A stretch of DNA of 34,730 nucleotides, from contig JAUYLQ010000034.1 of assembly GCA_030699005.1 (NCBI GenBank), positions 1-34,730 on the forward strand, given 5' to 3'. The position numbers and the translations under genes are program-made. This document shows, piece after piece, positions 31,895 through 34,730 of the stretch. The notes under the pieces are model-generated. The model did not search any database and was not told the DNA's origin. It was given only the letters and a program-made list of their open reading frames with translations. Each line of letters begins with the position of its first letter. Within the stretch, counting starts at the first letter, position 1. The DNA is from an archaeon (GTDB taxonomy: Archaea > Nanobdellota > Nanobdellia > Pacearchaeales > GW2011-AR1).

Positions 31895-32077
31895 ATGGTT
31901 AAAAATCTGTGTGATTTGCTGAAGAACTCCGCAAAATGTTTATTGAGCGGTTTTGACAATGGTTTTGGGGCTTTTGGGTATTTTAAAATCGATTCGGAAT
32001 TTTTGATTAAAAAATATTATTACAAAATTCTTGACTCTCTTGGAAAGTATGAAACTCAGGCTCCTGTTTCAAAATAG
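31895..32077 (+). CDS. Possible 60-aa ORF, unknown
   Basis: ATG-initiated ORF in a 270-nt gap. No motif and no clear SD. Confidence 0.25.
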   Translation: MVKNLCDLLKNSAKCLLSGFDNGFGAFGYFKIDSEFLIKKYYYKILDSLGKYETQAPVSK

Positions 32078-32122
32078 AAAATAACATAAAAACTTAAAAA
32101 GCGATTTTTTCTTTTTAGAATT

Positions 32123-32788
32123 ATGAAAGTAGGAGAAGTTGAAATTGACTGGCTTGGTCACTCCGGATTTTTGATAAAAAATTCAAAGATAATCTACATC
32201 GATCCCTTTAAGATAAAAGAAGGTTTGCCAAAAGCGGATTTAATTTTAATTACTCATGGGCATTATGATCATTGTAGTTATGAAGACATTGGAAAAATTA
32301 TCCAGGATGGAACAAGGATAATTATGACCGCGGACTCTCAAAGCAAAGTAGCTCGTTTTCAGGTCCCAATCAGAATGGAAGTTGTTTCCCCCGGACAGGA
32401 AGTTGACCTTGGAATATTAAAAATTTCAACAGTTCCCGCATACAACATTGACAAAACTTTTCATCCAAAAGAGGAAAGTCTTGTTGGGTATCTGATAAAA
32501 ACTAATGATGTTATAATATATCATGCAGGTGACACAGACGTTATTCCTGAAATGCAAAAGTTAACGGGTCACAATCAACCTGATAAACAATTTGTTGCAC
32601 TTCTGCCTATTGGTGGGAGGTTTACGATGAGTGCTGAAGAAGCTGCTGAAGCGGCGAAGATAATCAAGCCAACAATAGCAATTCCAATGCACTGGGGGAC
32701 GATTATTGGTTCAAAAGAAGATGCTCTTGAGTTTAAAGAACTCTGCCAAGCCGAGGGAATCAGAGCTGAAATTTTGGAGAAGATTTAA
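32123..32788 (+). CDS. Metallo-beta-lactamase-fold hydrolase (UPF0173-like)
   Basis: 221 aa. WLGHSGFLI, LILITHGHYDHC (HxHxDH), YHAGDT, IPMHWGT. Confidence 0.8.
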   Translation: MKVGEVEIDWLGHSGFLIKNSKIIYIDPFKIKEGLPKADLILITHGHYDHCSYEDIGKIIQDGTRIIMTADSQSKVARFQVPIRMEVVSPGQEVDLGILKISTVPAYNIDKTFHPKEESLVGYLIKTNDVIIYHAGDTDVIPEMQKLTGHNQPDKQFVALLPIGGRFTMSAEEAAEAAKIIKPTIAIPMHWGTIIGSKEDALEFKELCQAEGIRAEILEKI

Positions 32789-32823
32789 GATATCTTTTTA
32801 ATTGGAAGGTTAGTTAATTTTTC

Positions 32824-33390
32824 ATGTCTGAATACAATTTTCTCCAGAGAAAAAATGATGTCTTAGGTAAAAAGGACAAGTCTTATGCAGAAATGTGGGA
32901 TGAAAGGATAAGGAGTCTTTGTGAAAAAATAAACAAGAGTCCAAACTATTACACAACTTCGTCGTGTTCAGGCCGGATTCTTTTAATGGTAGACCAGGAG
33001 AAAAAAGGTGCCGGGCTTTTTATCTGGGTAAGTCACGATAAAATAAATTTGAAAGAATTGAAGGAAGCTTTGCTGAGTTTTAAAGGAAAGGAACTTTTAA
33101 AATTCAAGTGTGAACCCCCCATACTTCACATTGTTTGCAAAAACCTTTCTTTTGCAGAAGAAATTTTAGAAAAAGGACAAAAATCCGGATGGAAAAATTC
33201 AGGCATAATCAACTTAAAAAGAAATGTTGTTGTTGAACTTCATGGAACTGAAAAACTGGAGTTTCCCATTTTTAGGGAGGGAAAATTTCTTGTTGATGAC
33301 GAATTTTTGGAGCTCGTTGCTCGAAAAAGCAACAAAAAATTGGAAAAGGGCTGGAAACGAATAGGAAGTTTGAATGCTGCAATTTCGTAA
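32824..33390 (+). CDS. taw3: tRNA wybutosine-synthesizing protein 3 homologue (Taw3/TYW3 methyltransferase)
   Basis: 188 aa. YYTTSSCSGRI signature and PPILHIVC segment, both typical of the TYW3 family. Confidence 0.75.
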   Translation: MSEYNFLQRKNDVLGKKDKSYAEMWDERIRSLCEKINKSPNYYTTSSCSGRILLMVDQEKKGAGLFIWVSHDKINLKELKEALLSFKGKELLKFKCEPPILHIVCKNLSFAEEILEKGQKSGWKNSGIINLKRNVVVELHGTEKLEFPIFREGKFLVDDEFLELVARKSNKKLEKGWKRIGSLNAAIS

Positions 33391-33421
33391 CTTTTTTATA
33401 ATCCACTTTCCTTAAATTTTG

Positions 33422-33649
33422 ATGAATAAGAGTGATTTATGTAACTACATAAATTCGAACTTGAAAAGGGGTTTTAATATTGAAGAAGTAAGGCAACAGC
33501 TTTTGTCCCGTGGATTTTCCGATTATGACATAAATGAAGCAATCTCCAACTCAAATTACGAAGAGAAATCGGTAAAGGAAGATCCAAAACAGAAGGCTGA
33601 AAAAATAGAATCAATTGAAGGCTGGGATAGTGACCTTGAAGAGGATTAA
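33422..33649 (+). CDS. Small protein with UBA-like helical N-domain and acidic C-terminal tail
   Basis: 75 aa from ATG 33422. INSNLKRGFNIEEVRQQLLSRGFSDYDINEAISN resembles UBA-like GF...L...G...I..A repeats. Tail ends SIEGWDSDLEED. Lies directly upstream of ftsZ. Confidence 0.5.
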   Translation: MNKSDLCNYINSNLKRGFNIEEVRQQLLSRGFSDYDINEAISNSNYEEKSVKEDPKQKAEKIESIEGWDSDLEED

Positions 33650-33724
33650 TTTTTCTTTTTGAAAGCATTCTTTAATTCACATAAAGATATTTAAATAAAA
33701 ACGAGTTCTTTCTTCTTAATAGGG

Positions 33725-33745
33725 AGACTTTGTATAACAAAGTCT
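33725..33745 (+). promoter_or_regulatory. Perfect 9-bp stem / 3-nt loop inverted repeat in the ftsZ leader/promoter region
   Basis: AGACTTTGT-ATA-ACAAAGTCT lies between a TATA-like ATATTTAAATAAAA (about 33698-33711) and the SD GGAGGAG (33763-33769). Confidence 0.4.
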
Positions 33746-33782
33746 TAAAAGATAAGAAAAAAGGAGGAGATTAAAAAAATTT

Positions 33783-34730
33783 ATGGTACTTGATTTTGCA
33801 AAAGAAGCAATTCAAAATGCTGGAACCCACAGTATAAACTTTGATGAATTAAAAGCAGGTAAAGCTGCAATTAAAGTTATAGGAATGGGTGGATGCGGTT
33901 CGAATATGATTACCTGGCTTTTTAACAAAGGAATTAACGGAGCAACAATTTATGCTGCTAACACTGATGCTTTGCACCTAAGTGTGACAAAAGCTGATGA
34001 GAAAATTCTTTTGGGTAAAGAGTTGACCCGTGGACTTGGAGCAGGCGGAAAACCTACAAGAGGTAGAGAAGCTGCTAAGGAGTCTTTAGTTGACTTAAAA
34101 AAAGCGGTCCAGGGAGCAGATATGGTTTTTGTCCTTGCCGGTGAAGGTGGAGGAACAGGAACAGGTTCAGCGCCAGTTGTGGCACAGCTTGCAAAGGAAA
34201 CAGGGGCAGTAGTTATTGGTGTTGTTACAATGCCTTTCGAATCTGAAAAAGCAAGAATCGACAAAGCTGAATTCGGTCTGCAAGAACTAAGAGAAGCAAC
34301 AGACACTTGTATCGTTCTTGATAACAACAGACTGGTTGACATTGCAGGACAGCTTCCTTTAGAACAGGCATTTGCAGTTGCAAACGAACTTGTGTCGACG
34401 ATGGTTAAAGGAATAGTTGAAACAATTACTTTGCCTTCTTTAATTAACCTGGACTATGCTGATGTTTCTGCTATTATGAAAAATGGCGGAGTTGCAGTTA
34501 TAGGAATTGGTGAATCAGATGCTACAGACAGAGTGCATGAATCAGTAAAGCAAGCCCTTACTCATCCTCTACTTGATGTGGATTACAAAGGTGCAAGCGG
34601 AGCTTTAGTGCATATTACTTGTGGTCCTGATTTGAAATTGGAAGAATTTGATGTGATTGGTAGAACTGTTTCAGAAAACTTGAGTGCAGATGCACAAGTT
34701 ATTATTGGAGCAAGAATCAGTAAAGACTTT
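33783..34730 (+). CDS. ftsZ: Cell division protein FtsZ (3' end beyond the window)
   Basis: My own translation: MVLDFAKEAIQ...IKVIGMGGCGSNMITWL...ANTDALHL...GLGAGGKPTRGREAA...GEGGGTGTGSAPVVAQLAKE...DNNRL.. (tubulin/FtsZ GGGTGTG signature). Open to the window end. Absent from the ORF track because it has no stop in the window. Confidence 0.93.
   Translation, partial: MVLDFAKEAIQNAGTHSINFDELKAGKAAIKVIGMGGCGSNMITWLFNKGINGATIYAANTDALHLSVTKADEKILLGKELTRGLGAGGKPTRGREAAKESLVDLKKAVQGADMVFVLAGEGGGTGTGSAPVVAQLAKETGAVVIGVVTMPFESEKARIDKAEFGLQELREATDTCIVLDNNRLVDIAGQLPLEQAFAVANELVSTMVKGIVETITLPSLINLDYADVSAIMKNGGVAVIGIGESDATDRVHESVKQALTHPLLDVDYKGASGALVHITCGPDLKLEEFDVIGRTVSENLSADAQVIIGARISKDF

Noticed and set aside
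31851-32122. Possible structured ncRNA in the 270-nt gap before the MBL-fold gene
   Set aside because: It is AT-rich, with only short G/T-rich repeats (GGTTTTG, GGCTTTTGGG) and no extended complementary stems. A weak 60-aa ORF is listed instead at low confidence.
33950-34342. 130-aa minus-strand ORF in the ORF track
   Set aside because: It lies antisense to the clear FtsZ reading frame (GGGTGTG signature on the + strand). It is an open shadow frame created by the codon bias of a relatively GC-rich gene.
1-34730. CRISPR arrays, transposases, integrases, reverse transcriptases, toxin-antitoxin pairs and known defence genes
   Set aside because: Reading the intergenic regions showed no regularly spaced direct repeats, and no ORF carries the corresponding motifs. 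The window looks like core chromosome.

Overview
AT-rich, very compact archaeal chromosomal segment with short intergenic gaps and several abutting or overlapping stop/start codons. Archaeal identity rests on tRNA-splicing endonuclease EndA, TFE-alpha, GatD/GatE, deoxyhypusine synthase, archaeal-type ProRS and AspRS, Taw3 and FtsZ. The small, domain-reduced proteins and the mix of bacterial-type genes suggest a DPANN-like (Woese-/Pacearchaeota-like) lineage; that placement is inference only. The window is dominated by translation genes: six aminoacyl-tRNA synthetases (CysRS partial, LeuRS, AlaRS, ProRS, AspRS, AsnRS), GatDE, a YbaK-like candidate editing protein, EndA, Taw3, deoxyhypusine synthase and one tRNA-Arg(UCG). 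No CRISPR array, transposase, integrase, reverse transcriptase or recognisable defence gene is visible. Observations worth follow-up: (1) a full-length bacterial DisA-type diadenylate cyclase followed by an orphan 268-aa protein and a DHH/DHHA1 phosphoesterase, a candidate c-di-AMP module; (2) a tRNA-adjacent 730-aa surface protein with a type-IV-pilin-like class III signal peptide, two Ig-like repeats, a Cys-rich repeat, DUF2341 and LamG, whose 3' part is compositionally foreign; (3) bacterial-type LeuRS and a mini bacterial-type AlaRS without C-Ala, plus a short GatE that appears to lack the AspRS-like insertion; (4) a tight GatD-GatE-GNAT-AspRS-Lrp-YbaK-like-AsnRS cluster with palindromic candidate Lrp operators; (5) an unannotated 32-aa hyper-acidic microprotein gene with its own SD, near a RecJ-like DHH gene; (6) a membrane-anchored wHTH regulator coupled to alaS, next to secreted and transglutaminase-like proteins; (7) a coiled-coil gene pair and lysine-rich, H1-like tails on TFE. 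All functional calls come from motif recognition by eye; no searches were run.
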